Source of the DNA: an uncultured Nitrospinota bacterium
GTDB taxonomy: Bacteria; Tectomicrobia; Entotheonellia; J063; CAVPRW01
DNA: 64,000 nucleotides
Assembly (NCBI GenBank): GCA_963707985.1
Contig: CAVPRW010000020.1
Location: forward strand, 1-64,000
Reading direction: 5' to 3'
The first letter of the stretch is position 1. Each line of letters opens with the position of its first letter. The notes beneath the pieces were generated by a model. The model was given only the letters and a program-made list of their open reading frames with translations, was not told where the DNA came from and did not search any database. This document shows positions 10,601-20,407 of this stretch, in pieces. Both the position numbers and the translations under genes were made by a program.

Positions 10601-11265
10601 GGAGTGGCTTCTCGATGACCGCCGCTTCGCGCTGCAGCGCTGTGCTGACGGTCGCTTCGGCGCGCTGCACCGCGGCCTCCGAAGACACCACCCACCACCG
10701 TTGGGCCAGACCGTCGTGGCAGAACTCCACCCGTTGATAGCGCGTGGTGTCATCCAGTCGAGGCCATGCGTCCCATCTCTCCGCGTGCGTGATCACCGGA
10801 GAGACGCGGTTGAGCGTGTTCGGAATCCGCGTGATACAGCCGAGCGTGTGGAGATTGGCGGCATTCGCTTCGGTGTACCGTGTGGCATCCGCTCCCAAGT
10901 ACCGCGGGGTGGGGGAGTGCTGAAAGGTTGCGATCAGCGCCGCAGCCCGCTCCCGGAACATCGCGGTATCGGAGCTGTTGCCATCCCAACTTTGGCTTAC
11001 CAAGGGCACCCCACCGTCGTGCGAGACCACCAGTTCCAAGACGGCTTGTTTCACGTTGGGACGGTGGTCTTTGGCGTACCCATGGGTGATCCTCATGGCC
11101 TGCTCGTCGCTGTCGGGGACGTACTCGTCGCTCAGGGAAACGCTTGTCGTGTCGAGATGATTGCAGCGCAAGTCGATCCCTTCGTGGGCACAAACGGCCA
11201 GGACCAGCTCACTGCACAACAGATCACAGCCGTAGCCATCAACCTCATCGAGCCTGCGGCCGAGC
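10600..11265 (-). mobile_element. IS1634-family transposase fragment (degraded)
   Basis: HLDTTS, ITHGYAKDHRP..KQ..L.LVV..DGGVP, WDGNSSD, QRWWVVSS. Confidence 0.85.
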
Positions 11266-11820
11266 GTAAAACTACACGTACATGATAAATGTCGGATTTA
11301 AATAAATGTTATAGATAAACTTGATGACTTCCATGTGGTGTGGAGTTAGACTGCAGCGAGCTGCAATGTTTACCAATTCCATTGGGGAGAGTGTTAAAAA
11401 CTAGAAAGATCAGTAGAACACCACTCTTGAGAAATCAACGAGATGGAGAGGTGAATAGGGTTAATATCTCTCTGCAATTGAACACTCTCAGGAAGGCCCG
11501 CGCTACGGCGCAACAAGGTGCTGTCCCGGACAGGATAGGAGTACATCACATCCCAGGCACCTGCGCACGTGGTGGTTTTTGGCCGCGGAAGGACACTGGG
11601 CAGGGGATAGAACTCGAAGTAGTCCCGCTCATTAAACCGCACGCATGTGAAGGCTGTGACCTGTGGGGCGGTGCGGCGAATCGAGCTGGCTGATACTCTG
11701 TGCAGGGGTCAGTCGCATAGAACTGGTGAGGGGAAAAGGCCGTGCTGGGGAAGCACGGCCTGGAACAGCGAAGGATGTTCATGGTCCCTCTCATCTGAAG
11801 CCCACCTGCGTCGTAGTATA

Positions 11821-12084
11821 CTAGCTGAGACCGTAGAGCATAGTCGCGACCGAGAGGGTATGCTGTTCAGCGACCATCTCGGGAGCAGCCTCTGCGCGGA
11901 ATGGTGTCACAACTTCGCGCTTAGCGTCCCAGCAGGCGTTGAGCGAAGCAAGATTCGCTTCATGGCGTGCGGCCTTGTGAGCAGCCCACCATTCTCTAAG
12001 CTGCTGATACCATCCCTTTACGTCTCTCGTGCGGCGGACACCGATATGAGTTCCCCATACGGTAGTGTGTCCATTGGCGTGCAT
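11821..12084 (-). CDS. Small hypothetical protein
   Basis: 87-aa ORF, GTG start with AGGAG RBS, AT-rich upstream region. Confidence 0.55.
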   Translation of the reverse strand: MHANGHTTVWGTHIGVRRTRDVKGWYQQLREWWAAHKAARHEANLASLNACWDAKREVVTPFRAEAAPEMVAEQHTLSVATMLYGLS

Positions 12085-12237
12085 CGTGATCTCCTTGACT
12101 GCTTAAGTACGGCGATGTTCTCTTGTGTGCGGTCCCACTTACCAACCGCTTGAGAGATAATATCGTCCCTTATCATTCAAAAATCCAACGAATTATTATT
12201 ATGAGAATCATGAATAATATTCATACAAGGGCCGTGT

Positions 12238-12450
12238 CTATTCCGCTAGTCCGTAGCGGAGGGTGTCGTAGCGGAAGAGGCGCACGATGCCAACTTTGCG
12301 GTCGAGACTCTGTATGACGTCTTGGGTCCGCTCGCGGCTGATGCACAGGGCCTCGGCCACCGTCCTACTTGACTGTGGGCTGTGGCGTAAGAGTCTGATC
12401 AGGTGCCGTTCCTCGTCCGTCAACTCACATACGTCTTGGGGATTGCCCAT
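12238..12450 (-). CDS. Small winged-HTH-like protein (70 aa)
   Basis: LTDEE..LIRLL...SSRTVAEALCISRERTQDVIQSL; purine-rich RBS before ATG 12450. Confidence 0.5.
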   Translation of the reverse strand: MGNPQDVCELTDEERHLIRLLRHSPQSSRTVAEALCISRERTQDVIQSLDRKVGIVRLFRYDTLRYGLAE

Positions 12451-12905
12451 AGTGCTCTCCCTCGTGATAGGTGATGGTGCTCTGGGGCAGCATCGCGACC
12501 GGTTATGACAGGTTAGCGCAAAAGGCATGCCAGGGGGCGCTGGGATGGTCCCGAGGGCGGCAACCCCAGAGTCCGCCAAGGAAGCAGTGCCGTGGGAGCG
12601 CGCAGGCAGGCTGACCTACTGGGAGGAAAGCCATGGACGAGGTGAGCAGAATGTACCGACCGTGGTGCAATCTGCCGATGCAGACGACGACCGTGCCATG
12701 CTCAGGAAAGGAGCACCAAGGCTCTGCAGGTGGTCGGTCATCGACAAGAGACGTTCGCAGCGTGATGGATAAATGCAGAGTCTTATGATGTAGGAGAAAT
12801 ACTACGATCTCGGGAAAGAATAAGCGAGAGGCCCCAAGCATGGTATCCCTCCAGTGCCCATGGGGCAGGACAAATGGATACCAGCAAACCCACCTATGAT
12901 GTCGC

Positions 12906-13151
12906 CTATACCTGTACCTGGACGGGATCGAATTCGAGTTTTTTCATCCGCATCTCCAAATTCTCCATTTTGCGCTTCTGCTCTTCTATGAGCAAATGTT
13001 CAATCTTGCCCAATCATGACTCGATGGCATCGAATCGCGTGTCGTTGTGGGCAACCCCCTTGCCGATCATGTCGGCTATCGTATCAACGACTTTCTCAAC
13101 GGAGATCTCCACATCCTTCTTAGTTGCAGGTAATTTCCCAATAGTATTCAT
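12906..13151 (-). pseudogene. Small coiled-coil protein with in-frame TGA at 13014-13016 (not in ORF track)
   Basis: MNTIGKLPATKKDVEISVEKVVDTIADMIGKGVAHNDTRFDAIES*LGKIEHLLIEEQKRKMENLEMRMKKLEFDPVQVQV. Confidence 0.65.
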
Positions 13152-13178
13152 AGTTTTCGTTCTATGTATTGATAATAG

Positions 13179-13346
13179 TTATCCTTGACACATGGTTTCA
13201 ATCTGATGAAGCCTCGACTCGACTGCCTCAAACTTCTGATTCATCTCTGAGTGCAACGCGACCACATCCTGCTTGCTGAGCGAGGTCTTGAAGCCTTCGT
13301 TGATTATCTCGGCAAGTGTTTCGATTGTCATTTTCTTTTGTGCCAT
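13179..13346 (-). CDS. 55-aa coiled-coil protein, paralog of 12906-13151 (not in ORF track)
   Basis: MAQKKMTIETLAEIINEGFKTSLSKQDVVALHSEMNQKFEAVESRLHQIETMCQG. Confidence 0.65.
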   Translation of the reverse strand: MAQKKMTIETLAEIINEGFKTSLSKQDVVALHSEMNQKFEAVESRLHQIETMCQG

Positions 13347-13721
13347 ATGTATTCAAGCATAACTGGATGGGGAGAGGTGTCAAGGAAGGGTGTGGATAGG
13401 GGAGAGGGGAACGATTTCCGTAAGTGATACCGAAGAGTGTATTGCTTTAGATTATCAATCCAGTATAATAGCGCTGATTTGCTACTCCTAGCTGCTGATG
13501 CGTGCGGTTTCTGGTGTGGTACCAACGTGCCGTCGACACTCCTGTGCAGAAGGATCACGGTCATGACCTCTGCCTATCGGCCTGTCCGGAGGCAGGGACC
13601 TCCGCCTGTGGGTTTGGCCATCCCTGAACCGCCCGTCTTCGTCCACCTGCCCCATGGGTTCTAGGGCCAAGCGGTGCCTATGGGCGCGTCCGATTTCCGT
13701 CAAAGCGCCAGGAGGGCCCTC

Positions 13722-14411
13722 ATGCTGCGAGCGTGTTCCCCCCGGAACCTCGTACTGCTCCTCGTCTGTGCGGTATGCATGGTGACCGTATCTGCCCATA
13801 GCGGCGACAGCGGGCACGTCACCGCAGCGCAAGCCACGTGGCCCAGCTACGGGGCTGATCTCGGCAACTCCAAGTCTGTCCCTCTCGACCAGATCACGCC
13901 GGACAACGTCAAGCATCTGCGCATCGCCTGGCGCTGGAGTTCCATGGAGAACACGGTACTCGAGCACTACCTTGACCTCTGGACGATGGTCAACGAAGCA
14001 ACCCCCTTGATGATTGATGGACGCCTGTATACCGGCACCTCACTATACCAGGTGGCAGCCATTGATGCGCGAACCGGGCAAACGCTTTGGGTCTATCATC
14101 CGGAGACCTACTGGCTGGGCTCGCCTCCGAATCTTGGCTTCTTGCATCGTGGCGTCGCCTATTGGGCCGATGGGGAGGATAAGCGCATTTTCATCGGCAC
14201 AGGGGGGGCGTATCTCATCGCACTCGATGCCAATACCGGCAAGCCGATCCCCGCTTTTGGCGACCATGGCCGCATCGATTTGACACGAGGCCTGTGCCGT
14301 TCGGTGGATCGCACCCTCTATGGGGTCAGTTCCCCGCCGATCATCTGCCGCAACATCGTCATCGTGGGGGCGACGATTTCGGACTCTCCAAACACGACAG
14401 AGATGCCGCCG
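13722..14411 (+). pseudogene. PQQ-dependent (quinoprotein glucose-type) dehydrogenase, N-terminal third only
   Basis: Signal peptide, WPSYG.D..NSK..PLDQI...NV..L..AW.W, EATPL, RGVAYW, SSPP; homology stops at MPP. Confidence 0.85.
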
Positions 14412-14773
14412 GCATCCTCTCGGCGGCGCCTCGCAGCCCGCGGAGCTGGTGGCCTTCAGTTTGCCATGAGGGCTATGGCTGTGACCTCACAGGCGCGGCC
14501 ACTTCCAGTTGGTAGACGCTCTGGGGGTTGTTGATGCGACAGGAAAAAAGGTGGGCATAGTTACCGGCTTCTTCCCGACGGCTCCAGGGTTGGCGATCGC
14601 TTTTAAGGTAGCGAAGGACCAAAATACATTTCAGGATCATACCCATATTTACCTCGCAGGGAAGGGGCAGGGACACAGCAACACAGAGGCGATCACCAGT
14701 CCGCCAATACTCCCATAGGATACTTGGGTGTCGGTAGGAAAATGACTTGGTTTTCCGTCTCTGAAGGCAGATT

Positions 14774-15562
14774 TCATTGCGGCTCGCTGTTCCCACCGTT
14801 GCCGACGGCCTGCTGGTTGCTGCGCAGGAAGGGGGTGAGCAAATCGATCGGGAGGGGGAACAGGATAGTGGAATTGTTCTCCGTGGCCACTTCACTTAAC
14901 GTCTGTAAGTACCGTAGTTGCAGGGCCTGGGGATGGACGGAGATGATCTGGGCCGCCTCGGCCAGCCGCGTGGCCGCTTGAAATTCACCCTCGGCATTGA
15001 TGACTTTGGCCCGCCGCTCGCGTTCGGCCTCCGCTTGTCGTGCCATAGCACGTTGCATCTCCTGGGGCAAGTCGACATGCTTCACCTCGACCGTCGTAAC
15101 CTTGATCCCCCAATTTTCCGTCTGTCGGTCCAGGATGGTCTGCAGCTCCCCATTGATCTTGTCGCGCGCCGAGAGCAACTCGTCCAGTTCTGCTTGCCCC
15201 AGTATGCTGCGCAGCGTCGTTTGCGCGAGCTGTGAGGTCGCATACAGATAGTCTTCCACATTGATCACCGCATCCTCTGGCTTAATGACGCGGAAGTATA
15301 CCACGGCACTCACCTTCACGGAGACGTTGTCGCGCGTGATGACATCCTGAGGCGGCACGTCCATGGTCACCAGGCGCAGGGCCACACGGCGCATCTGTTC
15401 TATGAAGGGGATGAGGAGCGTCAACCCCGGTCCCCCGGTGCGCACGTAGCGACCGAGCCGGAAGATCACCCCGCGCTCGTACTCCATGAGGATTTTCACG
15501 ATGCTGGTGAGGATGAAGAACAAGACAACGATCAGGACTACCAGGCCGACGGCGATGTTCAT
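14774..15562 (-). CDS. Stomatin-like SPFH (slipin) protein
   Basis: [52 protein letters not shown]. Confidence 0.95.
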   Translation of the reverse strand: MNIAVGLVVLIVVLFFILTSIVKILMEYERGVIFRLGRYVRTGGPGLTLLIPFIEQMRRVALRLVTMDVPPQDVITRDNVSVKVSAVVYFRVIKPEDAVINVEDYLYATSQLAQTTLRSILGQAELDELLSARDKINGELQTILDRQTENWGIKVTTVEVKHVDLPQEMQRAMARQAEAERERRAKVINAEGEFQAATRLAEAAQIISVHPQALQLRYLQTLSEVATENNSTILFPLPIDLLTPFLRSNQQAVGNGGNSEPQ

Positions 15563-15566
15563 GTGC

Positions 15567-16856
15567 TTACCTCACTTTCTGTTTAACGAGCAAGGTCATG
15601 CCATCTAACTGCATAACCTCAACCTCGACACCCTCTGCGATAGGTTCCTCGCTGCGGGCATTCCAGCGTTCTCCCAACACGAACACCTTACCTTGCTTCT
15701 GATCAATCTGGGTGATGGCCACTCCTGCCTTCTGCACTATGCCCTCGCGTCCGCTGTAAGGGCGCTGACCAAGGGTCCTGAGTACAGCGCCGACCAGGAA
15801 GACGAAAAACGCGGCGACCAGGAGCGTCGAGGGCACGACCACCCAGAGAGAAAGCCCAGGTAACGGCGGGGGTGCATCGAACAACATTAGCGAGCCCAGG
15901 ATCATGGCGATGATACCACCGATGGTCAGTGCTCCATAGCTTGTCACCTTGATCTCGGCGATGAATAGGATGATCGCCAGCACGATCAGTGCCAGACCCG
16001 CATAGTTCACCGGGAGTAATTGTAGCGCATACAGACCCAGCAGCAGGGAGATACCGCCGATCACCCCAGGCAGCACCACGCCAGGCATGGAGATCTCAAA
16101 AAAGAGTCCAGCAGCACCCAGCATCAGGAGCATGTATGCGACGTTGGGGTCGGCAAGCATCGATAACAGGCGCTGGCGCAGGCTCATCTCCACGTGTTGC
16201 CGTGCTGCCCCGTCGGTTCTGAGAATATGCTCGCCCGCTAGCGTCACCACTTTCCGGCCGTTAAGTTGCTTCAGCAGATCGTTGAGGTCAAGGGCAATCA
16301 GATCAATGAGCTTGTGCTGTAGGGCTTCGGTCTCCGAGGCTGAGACGCTCTCACGCACTGCTTTTTCGGCCCATTCGACGTTACGTCCACGCTGTTCAGC
16401 GATCGACTTGATGTAGGCTGCGGCATCATTGGTAACCTTTTCGGCCATCTCCTTGCCCATCTCGCCGCTGCCGACGGCGACGGGGTGGGCGGCGCCGATG
16501 TTGGTGCCGGGCGCCATAGCCGCGACGTGCGCCGCAAGCGTAATGAAAGTTCCGGCCGAGGCCGCACGTGAGCCACTGGGGGCGACGAAAACAATGACCG
16601 GAATAGGCGAGTTGAGCATCTCCTTGATGATGAGACGCATGGATTTGTCGAGGCCGCCAGGCGTATCGAGTTGGATGATCAGGGCCTGAGCCCCCTGTTG
16701 AATCGCAGCATGCAGGCTCTCAGTGATATACTCGGCGGAAACCGGGTTGATGACGTCGGCGACGGAAAGGACATGAACGGGAGGAGGAGTCTCGTCTGCC
16801 AGCCCGTAGCCGATGAGGAGGCCGACGAACATGAGATACAGCCATCGTCTCGTCAT
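15567..16856 (-). CDS. nfeD: NfeD membrane serine protease (long form)
   Basis: LDTPGG, AASAG, NIGAAHP, TM region, C-terminal OB fold (GERWNA); canonical partner of the stomatin gene. Confidence 0.93.
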   Translation of the reverse strand: MTRRWLYLMFVGLLIGYGLADETPPPVHVLSVADVINPVSAEYITESLHAAIQQGAQALIIQLDTPGGLDKSMRLIIKEMLNSPIPVIVFVAPSGSRAASAGTFITLAAHVAAMAPGTNIGAAHPVAVGSGEMGKEMAEKVTNDAAAYIKSIAEQRGRNVEWAEKAVRESVSASETEALQHKLIDLIALDLNDLLKQLNGRKVVTLAGEHILRTDGAARQHVEMSLRQRLLSMLADPNVAYMLLMLGAAGLFFEISMPGVVLPGVIGGISLLLGLYALQLLPVNYAGLALIVLAIILFIAEIKVTSYGALTIGGIIAMILGSLMLFDAPPPLPGLSLWVVVPSTLLVAAFFVFLVGAVLRTLGQRPYSGREGIVQKAGVAITQIDQKQGKVFVLGERWNARSEEPIAEGVEVEVMQLDGMTLLVKQKVR

Positions 16857-17134
16857 AGGCTCACCTCTCCTCGTAACTCTCCTGCTGGCAACGATTTTTC
16901 TTTCTATACTAGCATTAGAGCCTTGATTTTACAAGGGTCGGTCGCGCCTGCTTCATCCACTACGCCTCCTTGACGCTGCTTATCACCATCTGCTAACATG
17001 TGCTCCTACGAGGAGAAATCGATACCCCTACGCATGTCTACCATGTCGCCAGTGCCCAACTTCACATGAGGTCCGCTTCTGGGCCCGCGACCCGTCCTGT
17101 TCTCCAGCGCCGTCGTCGCAGATCGGCAAGTGAG

Positions 17135-18505
17135 ATGCGCATGAAGCATCATACGTCGCCGAACAGAGCCCCCAAGGGTCAGCTGCCAGCATCTCCCAAT
17201 GCGGACAGTGGTATGGACTTGACCGAGCGCTGCCGGACGCGGGTATCGCCCATGCTCCAAGAGTTCCTCCACGTCGCGGCACACACTGCAGACACGGACG
17301 GAGTGCGTGTCTATGCGGTGGGGGGATTTGTGCGGGATGTCTTGCTCGGGGTGCGCGATGAGGATCTCGATCTGACCGTTGAAGGGGATGGCGCGGCGTT
17401 GGCACGCCATCTCGCAGCAGCGATCGATGGGTTTTGCAAGGGACCATCCGCCTTTGGCACTTCTGTGGTTGTCGCACCGGACGGTCACAAAATCGATGTG
17501 GCCACCGCTAGGCGGGAGACCTATAAGCACCCGGCCGCGTTGCCGACGGTCGAACCAGGCACGATTCGCGACGACCTTTTTCGGCGGGACTTCAGCATCA
17601 ATACGTTGGCATTTGCCCTCAACGGTCCCGAGGCGCTTATGTTGATTGATTGGTATGGAGGTAGCACAGACCTCGCCGAAGGTGTCATACGTGTGCTGCA
17701 CAATCGTAGCTTTCGCGATGATCCTACGCGCCTGTTTCGCGCCATTCGTCTGGAGCAGCGCTTCGGCTTCATTCTGCACCGACACACGCTGAGATTGCTG
17801 CAGCGCGCCGTCGACAAGGGTTGGATTGAGCTCCTGTCAGGGGCGCGCCTGTGGCGGGAGTTGCGCCTCATGCTGGCAGGGCAGTCACCTGTCGCCTGTC
17901 TGAAACGTCTGGATGAACTCGGGATGCTGCCCCACATCGATGCCGACCTCGGAATCTCTCCAGATCGGCTGGCGCTGCTGACACGCGTGTCCGAAGCGCG
18001 TTTGGAGCTCGCGGAGAGGCACGCCGAAGTCCTCGGCCGGGGCTGGCCGGTATATCTTGCCGCCCTGTTCCACGGCTTGGACGTGACCATCCTGCGACGC
18101 GCTGGTGCCCGTTTGGCGCTCGCGCCCCGTACGATACAGGAGCTGGTCGAAGGTCTTGTTGCTGTCGAGGATGCCTGCCAGCGACTGTGCACAGCGGACA
18201 ATCTACGGCCCAGTGAGGTGGTTGCGGCACTGCGAGGGCTGCCATTGGAGATGTTCCCACTGCTACTCGCCCGTTGCCCTGGGCGCGAAGTGCATCGACC
18301 TATCCAGCACTTTCTCACGACGTGGCGTCATATCCGGCCGAACCTGACGGGAGCCGATCTCAAACGCCTTGGCGTACCACAAGGGCCACAGATCGGCCGC
18401 CTCCTGGCCCGTGTGCTGGCGGCAAAGCTGGATGGAGAGGCAAGCAGTAAGGAGGCGGAGGAAACGTTCATACGTGGCGCTTTGGCGCAGACGTCGGCCT
18501 CATGA
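17135..18505 (+). CDS. cca: Class II tRNA nucleotidyltransferase (CCA/A-adding); start uncertain (17135-17213)
   Basis: YAVGGFVRD..LG..DLD, DVATARRE.Y, DLFRRDFSIN, SFRDDPTRLFRAIR. Confidence 0.9.
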   Translation: MRMKHHTSPNRAPKGQLPASPNADSGMDLTERCRTRVSPMLQEFLHVAAHTADTDGVRVYAVGGFVRDVLLGVRDEDLDLTVEGDGAALARHLAAAIDGFCKGPSAFGTSVVVAPDGHKIDVATARRETYKHPAALPTVEPGTIRDDLFRRDFSINTLAFALNGPEALMLIDWYGGSTDLAEGVIRVLHNRSFRDDPTRLFRAIRLEQRFGFILHRHTLRLLQRAVDKGWIELLSGARLWRELRLMLAGQSPVACLKRLDELGMLPHIDADLGISPDRLALLTRVSEARLELAERHAEVLGRGWPVYLAALFHGLDVTILRRAGARLALAPRTIQELVEGLVAVEDACQRLCTADNLRPSEVVAALRGLPLEMFPLLLARCPGREVHRPIQHFLTTWRHIRPNLTGADLKRLGVPQGPQIGRLLARVLAAKLDGEASSKEAEETFIRGALAQTSAS

Positions 18506-18700
18506 GCACCTTGTCGGCGTGCACGACGACAAGGTGCTCATGGCGGAACGCATCACAGATAGACACAGCTCCATACTGAGATCGGCGTGCTCCGTGTGCC
18601 TTTGTGAGCATCTGTGGTTGCGGTTTTTGGGATTCGCCCTTACAGAAACTGACAAGCGCTGCTTGGATGCTTCGTTCACGAGCATAGGAGCCCTAGATTT

Positions 18701-19357
18701 ATGGATGTAGCCGGTATCATCCGAACGATCGCGACCAGCCTGCCACCCTTGCTCCTTGCATTGACGCTGCACGAGCTAGCCCACGGCTATGTGGCTCTGC
18801 GGTTCGGCGATCAAACGGCGCGCTGGGCAGGCCGTCTGACGTTGAATCCGATTAAGCACATGGATCCACTGGGCACCTTTTTCATTCTGTTTGGGATGGT
18901 CACCAGAGCGCCTGTCATCGGTTGGGCGAAGCCCGTGCCGGTGAATCCGCATAATTTGCATCGACCGCGCACCGACATGATCTGGGTGGCTCTCGCTGGT
19001 CCAGCAATGAATCTTGCCCTGGCGACAGCGTCGGCGTTTGGGCTGCGGTGGTTCCCCGATCCTCGTTGGTACGCCGACTCCTCCCTGGCCTTGAGCATTG
19101 CCGAGCCGGTATTCGAGATGTTGAAAGCTAGCCTGTGGATTAACGTTGGATTGGCGATTTTCAACCTGCTGCCCGTTCCACCGTTGGACGGGGCGCGCAT
19201 ACTCAACGGGGTATTGCCGCGCCGCCAAGCGATTACCTTTAGCCAACTCGAACCGTACGGGTTTATCATCCTTCTCTTGTTATTTGTGAGCGGGGCGATT
19301 CAGCAAGTGATTTACCCCTTGATTCTTGGTACTGTCCGCTTCCTGTTGACAATTTGA
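18701..19357 (+). CDS. Site-2 protease, M50 family
   Basis: HELAH, AGP..N, FNLLPVPPLDG. Confidence 0.95.
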   Translation: MDVAGIIRTIATSLPPLLLALTLHELAHGYVALRFGDQTARWAGRLTLNPIKHMDPLGTFFILFGMVTRAPVIGWAKPVPVNPHNLHRPRTDMIWVALAGPAMNLALATASAFGLRWFPDPRWYADSSLALSIAEPVFEMLKASLWINVGLAIFNLLPVPPLDGARILNGVLPRRQAITFSQLEPYGFIILLLLFVSGAIQQVIYPLILGTVRFLLTI

Positions 19358-19370
19358 GGGAGAGGCTTGT

Positions 19371-20357
19371 ATGGCCAACACACGTGTGCTCAGCGGCATC
19401 CGCTCCTCCGGCACCCTGCATTTGGGCAATTACCTGGGCGCTTTGAAAAATTGGCAGGAGCTGCAGCATCAGTATGAAGGCTATTACTTCATAGCCGATT
19501 GGCACGCCCTGACCACCGACTATGCCGATACCACTGCCTTGAAAGCGAATATGCTGGATAATATGGCGGGTTTTCTGGCGGTGGGGCTCGATCCGGAGAA
19601 ATGCACGCTGTTCATCCAATCACGCGTGCCGGAGCATGCTGAGCTGCACTTACTATTGTCCATGATCACACCGGTTCCCTGGCTGGAACGGGTACCCAGC
19701 TACAAAGAACAGCAGCAGCAGATCAAAGACAAAGACCTCACCACTTTTGGCTTTCTGGGCTACCCATTGCTGCAAACCGCTGACATCATCATGTATAAAG
19801 GCAATTATGTGCCGGTGGGCATCGATCAGGTGCCACATATTGAACTGGCTCGCGACATTGCCCGGCGCTTCAATCACCTCTATACGCCGGTGTTCCCCGA
19901 GCCGCAGCCGCTCCTGACGGAGACGCCGAAGGTGCCGGGGCTGGACGGACGGAAGATGAGCAAGAGTTACAATAATGCTCTTTTCCTCACCGATGCCCCC
20001 GAGGAGATCGATCGTAAGATTAGGGTGATGATGACCGATCCGGCCCGCAAGCGCCGCAGCGATCCAGGCAATCCCGAGGTTTGCCCCGTTTTTGATTTTC
20101 ATAAGATCTACAGCCCTCAAGAGACCATCGCCCTCGTCGATCGCGAATGTCGGACTGCCGGCATCGGCTGCATCGATTGTAAGAAGATGATGAGCACGAA
20201 CTTATTACAGGAGATGGGGCCAATTCTACAGAAGCGTCAGGAACTTGAGAAACGGCCACAGGAGGTCCTTGCGGTGTTCGAAGAGGGGAGCAAAAAGGCC
20301 CAGCACACCGCGCAGGCGACAATGGCTGAGGTACGCGAGGCCATGAAGGTGTTGTAA
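19371..20357 (+). CDS. trpS: Tryptophanyl-tRNA synthetase
   Basis: HLGN, GYPLLQTADI, VPVGIDQ, KMSKS. Confidence 0.97.
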   Translation: MANTRVLSGIRSSGTLHLGNYLGALKNWQELQHQYEGYYFIADWHALTTDYADTTALKANMLDNMAGFLAVGLDPEKCTLFIQSRVPEHAELHLLLSMITPVPWLERVPSYKEQQQQIKDKDLTTFGFLGYPLLQTADIIMYKGNYVPVGIDQVPHIELARDIARRFNHLYTPVFPEPQPLLTETPKVPGLDGRKMSKSYNNALFLTDAPEEIDRKIRVMMTDPARKRRSDPGNPEVCPVFDFHKIYSPQETIALVDRECRTAGIGCIDCKKMMSTNLLQEMGPILQKRQELEKRPQEVLAVFEEGSKKAQHTAQATMAEVREAMKVL

Positions 20358-20407
20358 CTGGGGATGCGGACGACGAGCTTTTGCTGGCGGATGAGAGGAT
20401 TATACTC

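Noticed and set aside
13014..13016. Recoded TGA (Sec, or Gly under code 25)
   Set aside because: It aligns with Arg in the paralog; CGA-to-TGA is simpler, and TGA ends many genes here.
18506..20407. T-box leaders for trpS/ileS
   Set aside because: Gaps directly upstream are only ~13 and ~50 bp; no T-box consensus seen.
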